This document shows positions 1-13,702 of a stretch of 64,000 bases of DNA, in pieces. Source of the stretch: Octopus vulgaris (taxonomy: Eukaryota). The position numbers and the translations under genes are program-made. Numbering within the stretch: position 1 is the stretch's first letter; the number at the start of each line of letters is the position of its first letter. Under the pieces are notes generated by a model. It was not told where the DNA came from. It did not search any database and worked only from the letters and a program-made list of their open reading frames with translations. The stretch covers positions 109,740,001-109,804,000 of the forward strand of contig OX597818.1 of NCBI GenBank assembly GCA_951406725.2, in the 5' to 3' direction.

Positions 1-616
1 TGCATAAAAGTTTTTTAATGCATTAATCTTTTTTTTTCTATTTTTAGAAAATTGTTTTGTATTTATTGGCAATATCAGACACAAATGACTGGATTATCAA
101 TTAAACTAAAATCGTTTCGAGAAAACGAACGAACAATCAAAAGTCACGTAGACCGAGTGACGCCAAAAGACATTTCTCAACACACTCACACATACAAAGC
201 GAAGACAAACTCATACAGCTAGAAATAGTGCGAGTAAAGCCATTAGCTTCTGATGTTTTTGCATTGGACCTGTGTTAATTTTCTGTACAATGTTAATTGT
301 AAAGGCAGCAGGTCTTTAAAAAAAGGTGAAAGACATTAAAAGAAGACTTATAGTTTTTATCGTTGAATGGGAGAAATATACACCGTCCGTGAACCTTACC
401 ACACACACATACACACGCAATTATAGTATAAGATATGAATTCATAGAATCGTGTGGCTTTCACACAAAGCTCCTCTAACAGACTCGGTTATCAGACCACA
501 CAGTAATTCAATACGAAGAAATGTAATGCAGAATGTCTACGCAGCTAAAACCCAGAAGATCTGATCGATAAAGTTGTTTCACGAGGAGTATATAAACCAT
601 AAAAAGTCAGGAACTA

Positions 617-953
617 TTATGAGAGGTGAATATATTTATTTCACCACTTGTTATCCTTAGGGTTGCGGCCGTTTCGCAAACTTATTCTTGTAATAATATT
701 TTCAGTGTGGAAGAGATTGTGCTTACACGCTTGTATTAATATACATGCTTTGCATTATGCGATGCAATTTAAAGGTTTACAAATCAATGCAAATGTATAT
801 ACAAAGAATAAACAACTGTAGAGGAAGTATATCAATGCGAACGTGTAAGCATAATTTCTTCCAGACTAAAATCATTACTACAAGAATAAGGCTGCGAAAC
901 AGCCGTAACCTTAAGGATGTCAAGTTGTTACATAAATATATTCACCTTTCATA
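617..953. mobile_element. Diverged inverted-repeat pair (617-735 / 835-953), probable Penelope-like pLTR remnant
   Basis: The arms are imperfect reverse complements. Each carries the right half of a hammerhead (gcGAAAcggccgCAacc on -, gcGAAAcagccgTAacc on +). No CTGANGA left half was found. Confidence 0.45.
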
Positions 954-1271
954 CATCCTGACTTTTTATGGTACATGCACACACACGCACGTATGTATAT
1001 ATGTGTGTGTATGTGTGTGTATGTATATATATGTATGTGTATATATGCATATATATATATGTATATATATATATGGATATATATGATATATATATATATA
1101 CATGATAAATAGGTTTAGTGTATTGAGGGTGTTGTGAAATCTTCGTAGGTCTTCTTTTGGACTATCCCCCCAAATGAAGCAGTCATCGAGGTAGCGTTTT
1201 CACTTCTTCACAATGTTTTCTTTGACGTTGTGATCAGAGATTTCTCCTATTTCCTCGTAATATATATATAC

Positions 1272-1433
1272 ATACGACGAGCTTCTTTCAGTTTCCGTCT
1301 GCCAGATCCACTCACAAGGCTTTGGTTGGTCTGAGGCTATAGTAGAAGACACTTGGACCAAAGTGCCATGCAGTGGGACTGAAACCGGAACCATGTGGTT
1401 GGGAAGCAAGCTTCTTACCACACAGCCACTCCC
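1272..1433 (-). mobile_element. tRNA-derived SINE, 5' part
   Basis: The minus strand reads ggagtggctgtgtggtaagaagcttgcttcccaaccacatggttccggtttcagtccc (Pol III A/B-box-like). The same head recurs many times in the window. Confidence 0.85.
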
Positions 1434-1734
1434 GGTATATATTTAATTTCTGCGTGAATAATATATGATATAATAATAAGTAGCGCTGATATATCGATTG
1501 CTCGGCAGTTCTTTCGTGACAAAACAGAAGATGAATTTCCCCTGGCGGTGGTTAGAAGCTACATTGGAATAAAATATCACCATATTCTTCATTACTTTTC
1601 TCTTGAGGTTGCCGAAGTTTCCTGCTGTCCTCATAGCGATTGAAATCCAGTCCCTTGAGGAAGTTAATCATCCAAATTGTCATACAATTACTTGTCATAA
1701 AATATATCTATCTGCTGTTAGTTATTCGATAGTA

Positions 1735-2020
1735 ATTAGACTGCGGTCATGCTGGGGCACCACCTTGAACGGTTTAGTGGAACAACTCGACCCCGGTACA
1801 CTTTTCTCCCCTAAAAATTCGACGTTTACTCCATTGGTCTCTTATGCCGAACCGCTACGACACGGAGATGTAAGCAAACCAACACCGGTTGTCAAGTGTT
1901 GGTGGACACACACACACACACATACATACAACGGGCTTTTTTCTGTTTCTATCTACCAAATCCACTCACAAGAGTTTGGCCGGCCCAAGGTGCCACGCAG
2001 TGGGACTGAACCCGGAACCA
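1735..2020 (-). mobile_element. SINE fragment (same family)
   Basis: Shares the gactgcggtcatgctggggcacc, gccgaaccgcta and ccaaatccactcacaag blocks with other copies, e.g. 11995-12440. Confidence 0.8.
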
Positions 2021-2072
2021 TAAGAGAGACCTGTCTCTCGTGTTAGTTCACAGCGTCTACTTTTACGGTCTC

Positions 2073-2118
2073 TGTTGCTGAAGAGGAGATAACCACTCCG
2101 AAATGCATGCATCCACCA
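2073..2118 (+). ncRNA. Type I hammerhead ribozyme motif (minimal, PLE-type)
   Basis: tgttg-CTGAAGA-ggag(ataacca)ctcc-GAAA-tgcatgca-TC-cacca. The core is intact, stem II is 4 bp, stem III is palindromic, and stem I has one mismatch. Confidence 0.7.
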
Positions 2119-2389
2119 ATGTGGTTAGGGAATGCTGTGAGCTGCTGACTCCGTGTATTTACACCTAGATGTCTACAGCGTGAAATTTTCTCCAGAACAA
2201 AACACCGAATGGCTTTCATACGAGTTCGAATATATCTCTAGCATAATCGAACTGGTAACAAGTCCATATTTATAAACATCACTGATTAGCGCTGTCACTC
2301 ATACATACATACATACATACATACATACATACATACATACATACATACATACATACATACATACATACATACATACATGCATGTATATA

Positions 2390-2922
2390 CGGCTATAGTA
2401 GAAGACACTTGCCCAAGGTGTCATGCAGCGGGACTGAACCCAGAACCATGTGGCTGGGGAACAAACTTCTTATCACATAGTCACACCTGCGATTACATGT
2501 ACATGTTTATGTCCAATGTGTGTATATGTATGCATGTATATACGTATTTTTTTTACTTGTTTCAGTCATTTGACTGCGGCCATGCTGGAGCACCGCCTTT
2601 AGTCGAGCAAATCGCCCCCAGGACTTATTCTTTGTAAGCCTAGTACTTATTCTATCGGCCGCTAAGTTATGGGGCCGTAAACACACCAGCATCGGTCGTC
2701 AAGCGATGTTGGGGCACAGACACACAAACATACACACACACGCACACACACATATATACGACGGGCTTCTATCAGTTTCCGTCTACCAAATCAACTCACA
2801 AGGCTCTGGTGGGTCCGAAGTTATAGTAAAAGACACTTGTCCAGGGTACCACGCAGTGGAACTGAACCCAGAACCATGTGGTTGTTAAGCAATCTACTTT
2901 ACCACACAGCCACTCCTGCGCC
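2390..2922 (-). mobile_element. Two adjacent SINE copies or fragments
   Basis: Repeated gctatagtagaagacacttgcccaagg...ggactgaacccagaaccatgtgg head plus the body tttcagtcatttgactgcggccatgctgg. Confidence 0.8.
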
Positions 2923-2923
2923 T

Positions 2924-3335
2924 ACATACATACATACTTACTTATGTATGTATGTATGTATGTATGTATGTATGTATGTATGTATGTATGTATGTATGTA
3001 TGTATGTATGCATGTACGTATGCATGCATGCATGTATGTATGTATATATGTATGTATGTTTGTATGTATGTATGTATGTATGTATGTATGTATGTATGTA
3101 TGTATGTATGTATGTATGTATGTCAGTCTGTCTGTATGTATGTATGTATGCATGCATGTGTGTATGTATGTATGTATGTATGTATGTATGTATGTATGTA
3201 TGTATGTATGTATGTATGTATGTGTGTGTATGTATGTATGTATGTATGTATGTATGTATGTATGTATGTATGTATGTATGTGTGCATGCATGCATGCATG
3301 ATTGCATGCATGTATGTATATATGTATGTATGTAT
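2924..3335. repeat. (TATG)n microsatellite
   Basis: Direct reading. It is the source of the MYVC/HTYI pseudo-ORFs. Confidence 0.97.
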
Positions 3336-3767
3336 GCGACACTCCGCCTACAATCATATATTTATTCACACACGAATCTTTCTACAACCAAATGAGGTGT
3401 GGAACCTTTCACAAAAGCAAAATACAAATCGAAATCAAACCCATGGATACATCACACGTTACAATGCACATGATAATGATATCATGGAATATTCTAAGGT
3501 TTGCTGCTGTAAAAGTTTATATCCGGTATTCTTGAGTTTATCAGTCATAAATTTATCCTATCTGATTTTATCGGTTATGAAATTTTTCTAACTGATTTTA
3601 TCAGTTATAACAACTCCCGAGAGTTTGCTGCTCAGCGTAGAATGCGAAGGCCACGCGCTATTGCGGCATTTTATTTTTGAAAATGACTTTACAAAGGTCT
3701 CGAAACAGCAGAGTAACGGATGCAGGAACTTTACCGTTGCAAACAAAACATAAAAAAGTAATTAGTC

Positions 3768-3916
3768 GTAGTTGTGAGGTAAGAACTTGGCTTCCCAACC
3801 ACATCGTTTTGAATTCAGTTTCAATGTGGCACCTTGAGAAAGTGTCTTCTACTATGGCATCGAACCAACCAAGGCCATGTGAGTGAATTTGGGAGGCGGA
3901 AACCGATAGAAACTCA

Positions 3917-3920
<4 letters not shown>
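3768..3920 (+). mobile_element. Diverged SINE head
   Basis: gtagttgtgaggtaagaacttggcttcccaaccacat...gtgtcttctactatggc matches the family. Confidence 0.7.
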
Positions 3921-3984
<64 letters not shown>

Positions 3985-4530
3985 AGGAAAAAAATTTTTA
4001 AAAATGCAGAATGCTCAAATGAAAGAAAATTTTAATAAAATGAGAAATTGATAAAATATATAAATATATATTTATTCAGGATCCAAAGGGATTAAGAGCA
4101 TGTGTTGTTTGGTTTAATTCAGGATGTTGGCATGACAGGAAGTAGTAGTAATTGTGGTTCTTCAGTTCCTGTGTTGTGAGTAAGGGGAGACAACTCTTTT
4201 GAGTTCTTCAATAAGGGCTGTTGGTAAAACCCAAATTATAAAATTATCATTTTAGCTTCATTTGCGTTATCTTTTTTTATATAATTGCTTGTTAACTTAA
4301 CTTTCAGATTTTAACACTTTATTTATATTATTTTCTAATTATATAAATCTGCATAGACAATTGCATTTCAAATTGTCATATCATTTATAATAAAAATTAT
4401 AGTAATAACAACAATAGTAAAAATGATATTTAAAGAATATAAGTTTTAGCTTGAAGTGATGAATGCATGGTATCTTTATATATTTGTGTTAGTCCATCCA
4501 TGAAGAGTGAGGTAGAAAAAGGAAGTTTGA

Positions 4531-4750
4531 TCAACGAGGAGTTTGCATATTAAGTTGTGTTTGGAATTTTTCAATAAAGAGATTCTCCTTGTTAATTCTC
4601 TCCTGTGTGGTGATCCCGTCTTTACATTGGTAGAAGGGGAATATATAGAATTTGGGGTTTAAGTCTTTAGCACATGAGTCTAAGTGGTCACTCAGTGGAA
4701 TTTGTCGGTATTCCGGGAGATTTATTTGTTCTTTATGCACCATTACTCGT
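4531..4750 (-). mobile_element. Penelope-like element, C-terminal GIY-YIG endonuclease fragment
   Basis: Translation VHKEQINLPEYRQIPLSDHLDSCAKDLNPKFYIFPFYQC...RINKENLFIEKFQTQLN. It has the conserved E and terminal LN of PLE GIY-YIG domains and is similar to 7393-7761. Confidence 0.75.
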
Positions 4751-5060
4751 TTACGTGAGATATATACAGTGCTATACACGTGGAAAATAACGGAGGGTCT
4801 GACTCCAAATTTTGGATTGAAATTTACAACAACCCCCAAACTGGACGGCATGGCACAGTACCAAAGGTCCCATCTCCTCCATCTTTTCCATGATTCAAGG
4901 GCCCACAACATTTTAATGCCCTACCACAGAACACCAGGGATCTGCAAGGTGTAACCATGGAAGTTTTCAAAAAATGTCTAGGCAGTATTTTGTCTGCAAT
5001 TCCGGATGAACCCACATTGCGGCAGGAGGCACAAAGAAGAGTGATAACGTCCAACGAGCA
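4748..5060 (+). mobile_element. CR1/L2-like LINE 3' fragment, frameshifted
   Basis: Translated pieces LYTWKITEGLTPNFG and MEVFKKCLGSILSAIPDEPT resemble the C-terminus of a CR1/L2-clade ORF2. Confidence 0.6.
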
Positions 5061-5097
5061 AACTTCACCAGCCACTGCCTGGTACTGCATCAGGGCA

Positions 5098-5287
<190 letters not shown>

Positions 5288-5514
5288 TCTTGACAATTGT
5301 CGATGCATTAGAACATCTTCTGTCTTGAAACTCATTTAAAAACATCAACATCCAACGGATTCATGATTCCTTTGCCGTTTCACAAATATAGCAACCGAGA
5401 GAACAGCAATCATTCGAATCTACCAAACGAGACGACTGCATTAATACCAAGTTATCACTAAAACCGCAGACAGAAAAAAAACAGGCATTTACGTTTCGAA
5501 AATAATATATATAA

Positions 5515-5911
5515 CTAGCAGTATCGCCTGGCGTTGCTCGGGTTTGTAAGGGAAATAACTATATAAGCATTTTTAGAGAGTTATAGCCAAAACATAGCCA
5601 AAAATGCATTAAAAATGGAAAAATAATTATGGTAATTTTTTTTTTAAATCGTTGACTCATCGTAGACATTTTTAGAGAGTTACTTCCCTTATATAATAGC
5701 GAAAAAAATGCATTAAAATGGAAAAAAATGATGGTAATTTTTTTAAAAATCGTACACTCATCGTAGACGCGCGCTAATACCCAGAAGGGCTCGATATGAA
5801 TCACGACTATAAGATACCCGGTTTTGGTTAAACTGCACCGCAAAATGTGGGAGTAGTTAGGAATCTAAATCGTAGGAGACAGACACACAACCTCTCTTTT
5901 ATATATAAAGA
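5515..5911 (-). mobile_element. Non-autonomous Helitron
   Basis: The minus strand starts A|TC (5911) and ends with the imperfect hairpin cccgagcaacgccagg followed by CTAG|T (5515). There is no TSD, and it has an internal ~100-bp tandem duplication. Confidence 0.75.
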
Positions 5912-6344
5912 TAAATCGGAATATTATTAATGGTGGCTCATCCTGGGATATTCAACAATCAATAATGCTGTTTCATTTAATAACACTGGATAATTCCATG
6001 CAATTCTATTGATTTACTCCGCTTAAATGACTTCTAACATTTCGATACAATTTGAAGTTATCTCTTATTAATGCAGAAGAATGGAATGCGATTCTTTTTA
6101 CGTTCTAAACAATTATTTTTTCAAAAGTTTGGAATATTTTTGAGCCTTGATCGAGTCTTGTCTAATATTATGTAATATTTCTGTCATACCTAGTTAGGAT
6201 ATGAAAGTACTTATGTAGGAACCACTACAGACATCCAGGTGGTTCTTAGTGTTTTGCCACAAATCACACGCCATTACAGAGTTTAAAACTGAGTACACCT
6301 TAGCAAGTGTAACCTATTAGCTCTTTAAACTACATAAACATAAC

Positions 6345-6726
6345 TGGTCCTCCGTCGGTTACGATGACAAGGGCTCCGATCGATCCAGTCAACGGAACAG
6401 CCTGTTCGTCAAACTAACGTTGCAAGTGGCTGAGCATCCTACATACATACATGCATACATACATGCATACATACATACATGCATACATGCATGCATACAT
6501 ACATAGAGACATACATGCATACATACATACATACAGACATACATATATACATACATACATAAATACATACGTGCAGGAGCGGCTGTGTGCTAAGAAATTT
6601 GCTTCCAAACCACATGGTTCCGTATTCAGTCCCACTGTTTGACACCTCGAACAAGTGTCATCGATTACAGGCTCGGGCCAACCAAAGCATTGTGAGTAGA
6701 GTTGACGGAAACTGAAAGAAACTCGT

Positions 6727-6730
<4 letters not shown>
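6345..6730. mobile_element. Two SINE fragments separated by (CATA)n
   Basis: The block gatccagtcaacggaacagcctgttcgtc...gcaagtggctgagca recurs at 9420-9520 (reverse), 45230 and 60340. The tRNA-like head is at 6573-6730. Confidence 0.7.
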
Positions 6731-6810
<80 letters not shown>

Positions 6811-7329
6811 ATTCAAAGGGGTGTGTTAAACATCCAGTTCACTGGTATGTCAGTTGGATATTGGATACCATATAAATATGGGTATAATGCAATTACAAAG
6901 ATAAATTAAGTAGAGAGATTCTATTGACAATCCAATAATTTATTTATATTATAATATTACATGATATTCTGTGAATATAATATAACATAATATTATATAA
7001 CATAAACAATTATTTAAAAAAAACATAAAAGGCCAACAAATTGCTTCGACTTATATACATTTTCTGATATATATACGCAATAACAGTTCCCTTTAGATAT
7101 ATATAAGTCACTTCCGAGTCATGGTTTAAAGATAGATGAAATTCTGTGTGAAAGGACGGCTGGACTGTAAAAATGATTTCAAATGTCTATGTATTATGAG
7201 CGTGAGCGTTAACTATTCAATCATACATCAATAATAATTGTAAAACAATAAAAGCACTCTAACGGACGATACAACCAAATAAGTGCGATCCACAACCATC
7301 GAAATTCACTTCATTACATCTCAAACATA

Positions 7330-7960
7330 TACCAATTGACGCAAGGGTAAAAAAAATGAGGTCCTCCAAACTGCGGAATATGTCCCAATCTTTTGGAAGG
7401 ATCAGAATTCCATTTTAGACAAGGACAACGATTCAAAATTAAATCCAACTTCACTTGCGCCTCTGAAAACCTCATTTATGTAATCAGATGCTTGGGTTAC
7501 CACAAAAAAACTATATCGGATCTAATCTACATAAATGTCTCTCAGACGAAAATGTACAGTCCACAGACAACAGATATTTCCCCCGCAATATCGCCAGATC
7601 TCAGTGAACACACTAACAGATGTGCAGAACAACTGCAACCACAATTCTTAATCTTCCCATCATATCAATTTGCTATTTGGACTTCAACACAAGTGCGACT
7701 AAATAAAGAGGCCTCATTTATCGAAAAATATAAATCAGAATTAAATATAAACCCATATTGAAAAGTAATGATTTACATCATCTCTTGAATATAATATTGA
7801 TATAAGCCAGACTCAAATACAAATCAATACTAAAAATTACAGATTTACCTCTCCTTTACTGAAAAATACCTTGGTTACCCCTAGCAAACAAAATCTTTAA
7901 CTCCGAATTATATCCAACACTCAAACTTTGAAAAGCGTTAGCGAAACAGCTTATTATGTT
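7330..7960 (+). mobile_element. Penelope-like element GIY-YIG region plus decayed 3' end
   Basis: ORF 7393-7761 reads FKIKSNFTCASENLIYVIRC...LSEH...FLIFPSY...RLNKEASFIEKYKSELN. A decayed hammerhead-like string (ttgaaaagcgttagcGAAAcagctTA) lies at about 7927-7952. Confidence 0.75.
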
Positions 7961-8084
7961 GGAAGAAAAAAAATCTTATTTTGTATAATATTGTACAATA
8001 GTTTTGCTCTGGTGATTCTAATATATTCTTTAGTTGTGTAAAAGAAATCTTCGTGTTTTTTCCTCTTTTTTGTTTCCTTGCACG

Positions 8085-8159
<75 letters not shown>

Positions 8160-8461
8160 ATATCTATGTGTATATATATATATCTGTGTGTGTGTGTGTG
8201 TGTGTGTGTTCGTGCCTGTATAATTAAAGATGCACCGGAACGTGTGACATGTTACCAAAAAGCAGGGATAATGCAGATCAGCCCCAGCCACCTGCACCGC
8301 TGGCTCCGAAGTGATTTAAGAGCCATTACAATATTTGTAAAACCCGTCTGTGTGTACGCAAACGTCCGGTTCGGTTCGCAGCTCCCCTGTATCTCTCTGT
8401 GTATGATTGTATCTATTATATCTATGTACGTACACCGACACAAACATATGTTTCTCGACAC

Positions 8462-8624
8462 CAGTGGTTCCCAGCTTTTTCACTACCAAGGACCCCTTTT
8501 ATTGAAATGAGGTTTCTCACGAACCCAAGGGTATTGAAAGGTCTGTCAGCTTAACATTTTCACACACCCTACTACTACCTTGTGGACCACCAAGGGTCCG
8601 CGGGCCACAGGTTGGGAATCACTG
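8462..8624. mobile_element. hAT (Charlie-like) MITE
   Basis: TIRs CAGTGGTTCCCA / TGGGAATCACTG with an 8-bp TSD ctcgacac / ctctacac (one mismatch). Confidence 0.8.
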
Positions 8625-8836
8625 CTCTACACTATAGTTAAAGACATTAGAACAAAAATATTAATCCCTATTCGTGTCTGCCTGCCTGTTTGTTTGTCTG
8701 TCTCTTTCTCTATCTCTCTTTCTTTCTTTCTTTCATCTCTCTCTCTCTTATCTCTTTTCTGTAGTTGTATTGACATTCTTATTGAGGTACACACAGGTAC
8801 ATATATATCACTATGACAACGATATTATCTGTCAGC

Positions 8837-9097
8837 ATGTATGTATGTATGTATGTATGTATGTTTGTGTGTATGTATGTATATGTATGTATGTATGTTT
8901 GTATGTATGTATGTATGTATGTTTGTATGTATGTATGTATGTATGTATGTTTGTGTGTATGTATGTATGTTTGTGTGTATGTATGTATGTATGTTTGTGT
9001 GTATGTATGTATGTATGTTTGTGTGTATGTATATATGTATGTATATTTGTATGTATGTATGTATGTATGTTTGTATGTATGTATGTCTGTGTGTATG

Positions 9098-9128
<31 letters not shown>

Positions 9129-9240
9129 TATGTATGTATGTATGTATGTATGTATGTATGTATTATGTTTGTGTGTATGTATATATGTATGTATGTTTGT
9201 ATGTATGTATGTGTGTGTGTGTATTTGTGCGCGCGTGTGA
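8837..9240. repeat. (TATG)n/(TG)n compound microsatellite
   Basis: Direct reading. Confidence 0.95.
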
Positions 9241-9269
9241 TTGTGTATGTGTGATTGTGTATTAAAAAC

Positions 9270-9525
9270 AGGGGGTTGTGGCGAACCCTGCTGTACTCTT
9301 TCACCACAACTTTCTCTCACTCTTTCTTCCTGTTTCTCTTGTACCTGTATTTCAAAGGGCCAGCCTTGTCACACTCTTGTGCCACGCTGAATCTCCCCGA
9401 GAACTACATTAAGGGTACACATGTCTGTGGAGTGCTGAGCCACTTGCACATTAATTTCACAAGCAACATGTTCCGTTGATCGGATCTAATGGAACTCTTG
9501 TCGTTGCAACCGACGGAGTGCCACG
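9270..9525 (+). mobile_element. SINE 3' body (second family)
   Basis: gtacctgtatttcaaagggccagccttgtcacactc...gaactacattaagggtacac is nearly identical to 13311-13490. Confidence 0.8.
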
Positions 9526-9530
9526 ATGAT

Positions 9531-9562
<32 letters not shown>

Positions 9563-9586
9563 AACAACAACAACAACAGCAACAAC

Positions 9587-9642
<56 letters not shown>

Positions 9643-10064
9643 GACCTACCAAAAAACTGAGCAAATATAAAGATCTTGAAATAGAAATCAGCAAAATGTG
9701 GAACCTGAAGACTAAAACAATGCCTGTTGTCATATGTGCCCTGGGAATGATAGCGAAAGGGGCTGATTGCTACTTAACTCAGATACCAGGAAACCCCAAA
9801 ATGGCAGAAATTCAAAAGACAGTGCTCATGGGAACTGCTCATATCCAACGCAAAATACTCTCTATGTAATTCCAAGGTTTAAAACAAACTTAAAAAAAAT
9901 TTTTTTTATGTATTAGACATTCACTAGTACAACACCAAAAAAAGCCCCAAATATATGGCACACTAGGCATAACAACAACGTGAACTTCCAACCTGTTGTC
10001 TCTTGAGGTCTCTGGGTGAGACTTGGAGCCAACTTGTACAGACATAAAGCAAAAGTCAAACATA

Positions 10065-10126
<62 letters not shown>

Positions 10127-10270
10127 GTAATAATGATGATAATAATAATAATAATAATAATAATAATATACAATAACCATCAGAGCATCACAACAAATCA
10201 CAGCACATACCCAAGACACACAGAGCTGCGCTCGGTAGTGAAGTGAAAGCACGCTATAAAAATAAAACTA

Positions 10271-10275
<5 letters not shown>
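9643..10275 (+). mobile_element. R4/Dong-clade LINE 3' ends (restriction-like endonuclease tail and 3' UTRs) embedded in (TAA)n
   Basis: KKLSKYKDLEIEISKMWNLKTKTMPVVICALG...IQKTVLMGTAHIQRKIL matches the REL-endonuclease C-terminus. The fragments are flanked by (TAA)n tracts. Confidence 0.8.
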
Positions 10276-10338
<63 letters not shown>

Positions 10339-10349
10339 TAATAATAATG

Positions 10350-10407
<58 letters not shown>

Positions 10408-10946
10408 TAATAATGATAGTAAAACCTTATAATAAATCCTTATGCGTGCATTCATGCATGCACACCTGGATACAAAAATACGTATGTGCATACACATGTG
10501 TGAGTGCGTGTTTGTTTGTTTGATTGTTTGTGTGTATGAGCGCTATTTTACTAAAGATTATAATGTTTTGAATTTTTTTCAGCGTTCTTTTTAATAATTT
10601 AAAGATTAAGAATATGTTTCTGAAGAAAAAGAAAAAGAAGAAATAGAAGGCGAGTTGTCGAAGATCAGCAGACATCTTAACGAAAAACAGTGATTTTCAT
10701 TTCGGCAGAGTTGTTTCCTATGAGATCGTGGGATTTTAATTATTTCCTTTTACGGTTTTTACCACTATTTCACCGTAATCATATAACATGTATTTAGTAT
10801 CAGAGCCTGTAGCCATGTGTAATGCGCACATACATGCACACACATGCTTACATACATGCATCAACACACACTCACACACACACACGTACACACACATATA
10901 TAATATAAAGGAAGATGTATAATTCTCCATTCTTTATGATCTCTTG

Positions 10947-11089
<143 letters not shown>

Positions 11090-11129
11090 ATATATATATA
11101 TATGTACACACATATATATTGAATGTAAG

Positions 11130-11160
<31 letters not shown>

Positions 11161-11417
11161 TTCAATTACTAGCGTTTTATAGATTTTACAATATTTTGTG
11201 AAAAAGAAATAAAAAGATGTCCTCTCTGCTTTATTTCATTTTAATGTGAAAAGAATGAGGTAAATAGAAACCATAGAAGATTTTTCATGCTGACAAATCA
11301 ACACCTCACAATATAAAACTTCCGCACACGTGCTTGTGTGTGTGGGTGTGTGTGTGCGCTTGTGTGAGTGTGTGTGTGCGCTTGTGTTCGTGCATACGCA
11401 CTCATATTTCGATATAC

Positions 11418-11552
11418 AGACGCGGCTGTGTGGTAAGAAGCTTGCTTCTTAACCACATAGTTCCGAGTTCAGTCCAACTGCGTGGCACCACAGGCTCACC
11501 AAAGCCTTGTGAGCGGATTTGGCAGACGAATACTGAAAGAAGTCCGTCATGT
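11418..11552 (+). mobile_element. Internally deleted SINE head
   Basis: gcggctgtgtggtaagaagcttgcttcttaaccacatagttccgagttcagtcc. Confidence 0.75.
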
Positions 11553-11909
11553 ATACGAGGCGGGTGGGGCTGAAAAGTTTCTGCTCTTAAAGACCTGGTT
11601 AAAGAACCAACTTTCCAAGTCCCTCTTTCCATTTGTTCGTCGCACCGAGCCTCTCCGATTCAGACTGACTTCAATCTTTCATGCTTATCAAAACGTAAAA
11701 AAGAAAGACGTATTATTTAAAACCATTAACGAGGGAAGAAGTGCAACTTTTTAAGCTATTTCCTTTCTGAAGGAAATTTTCGCTTCCGTTTGTCATGTCG
11801 TCATGCTGACCGTTTGTTGAGCTCTTCTGAGTTAACCAAGTACACAATATCACTTTGACCCGTATGAAACTAATGGACGATAAGACAAAACTCATACATA
11901 CATACATAT

Positions 11910-11957
<48 letters not shown>

Positions 11958-11994
11958 TACAATCATACATGCAAACACATATATATATATATAG

Positions 11995-12445
11995 GGGCAG
12001 GCGTGGCTGTGTAGTAAGGCGCTTGGTTCCCAACCACATGGTTCCGGGTTCAATCCTACTGCGTGACACCTTGGCCAAGTGTTTTCTACTACAGCCTCGG
12101 GCCAGCTAAAGCCTTGCGAGTGGATTTGGTAAACGGAAACTGAAAGAAGCCCGTTGTATATATATATCTATATATGTGTGTGTGTGTGTGTGTGAGTGTG
12201 TGTATATATCAATGTGTGTGTGTGTCGTTGTGTCTGCATTTGTCCTCTCATTACCACTTGACAACCGATGTTTGTGCGTTTATGTCCTCGTATTTTAGCG
12301 TTTTTGCTAAAGTGACAGATAGGATAAGCACTAGGCTTTAAAAATGCCCTGGGGTCAACTTGTTCGTCTAAAACCCTTCAAGATTGTGTTCCAGCATGGC
12401 CGCAGTCAAATGACTGAAACAAGTAACAAAATGAAAGAATGAAAG
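11995..12445 (+). mobile_element. Near full-length tRNA-derived SINE
   Basis: A box (tggctgtgtagt), B box (ggttcaatcc), internal (TG)n, and a 3' body ending actgaaacaagtaacaaaatgaaagaatgaaag. Confidence 0.85.
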
Positions 12446-12474
12446 AGTAAGCCCACTCCTACGTGTCGGGGTTC

Positions 12475-12505
<31 letters not shown>

Positions 12506-12856
12506 TGTGTGGATCGGTGAAGGCAACATGATGTGTCGGACAAAATGATTTGCGGTGTCGTTCCGACTCGGTTATATTCCTTTTATCCCAGATTAAGTTC
12601 GCATTTCGTCTCTGCACCGAACTCGGGAACAGAAGTCCAAGAATAAATAGTTGGGTTGACATAATCGACTTGGAGGCGGTGCCATAAAATGGCTGAAACC
12701 TCATGACTAAAATTCTAATGTTAAATACACACAATACGGTATTAGAATCAAACTATAAAAAAGAAAATGTTATGTAAAATAATTAAAATCATATAATTTA
12801 AAACGAAACAGCTCTGATGGGGCGAAGTCACTATTTAACCTTCAGGAATATGTCAG

Positions 12857-12961
12857 CTTCTTCTTCTTCTTCTTCTTCTTCTTCTTCTTCTTCTTCTTCT
12901 TCTTCTTCTTCTTCTTCTTCTTCTTCTTCTTCTTCTTCTTCTTCTTCTTCTTCTTCTTCTT

Positions 12962-12991
<30 letters not shown>
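12857..12991. repeat. (CTT)n microsatellite
   Basis: Direct reading. Confidence 0.97.
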
Positions 12992-12992
<1 letters not shown>

Positions 12993-13069
12993 TTCAAGAA
13001 TAAAAGAATAAAAGAATAAAAAAAGAATAAGTATGCATGTGTGTGTAAATATATATATGTGTGTGTGTG

Positions 13070-13113
<44 letters not shown>

Positions 13114-13183
13114 CACACACATTGTGTGTGTGTGTGCATGCAGGCACACACATTTCAATTTATAGGAATAAAGCGTGTAAGTG

Positions 13184-13490
13184 AAGGAGCGTGGCTTAGT
13201 GGTAAGGGTATTTGACTCACGTGAGTTCGATACCTAGCGGTGTTTTGTGTCCTTGAGCAAGACACTTTATTTCACGTTGCTCCTGTCCACTCATCTGGCA
13301 AAAATGAGTTGTACCTGTATTTCAAAGGGCCAGCCTTGTCACACTCTGTGTCACGCTGAATCTCCCTGAGAACTACGTTAAGGGTACACGTGTCTGTGGT
13401 GTGCTCAGCCACATGAACGTTAATTTTACGAGCAGGCTGTTTTGTTGATCGGATGAACTGGAACCCTCATCGTCGTCACCAACGGAGTGC
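13184..13490 (+). mobile_element. tRNA-derived SINE (second family)
   Basis: ggagcgtggcttagtggtaaggg...gagttcgatacc (A/B boxes), followed by the body shared with 9340-9520. Confidence 0.8.
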
Positions 13491-13651
13491 ACGGTGAGTT
13501 AACCATTTTATCGAATCAGGCCCAGAAGAAGAACACCATTATTGCACTAAATGACCAAATTCAAATGTTATTTATATTCAAGTCGTGTCCCCTTCGAAGT
13601 AGTCACCTTGCGAACGAGAGAGTCTTCTACGTTTGAATTTCATCTATTTGC

Positions 13652-13702
<51 letters not shown>

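Noticed and set aside
2837-3591. Long MYVC/HTYI/YI/CV ORFs here and across the window
   Set aside because: They are stop-free microsatellite readings with no coding signal.
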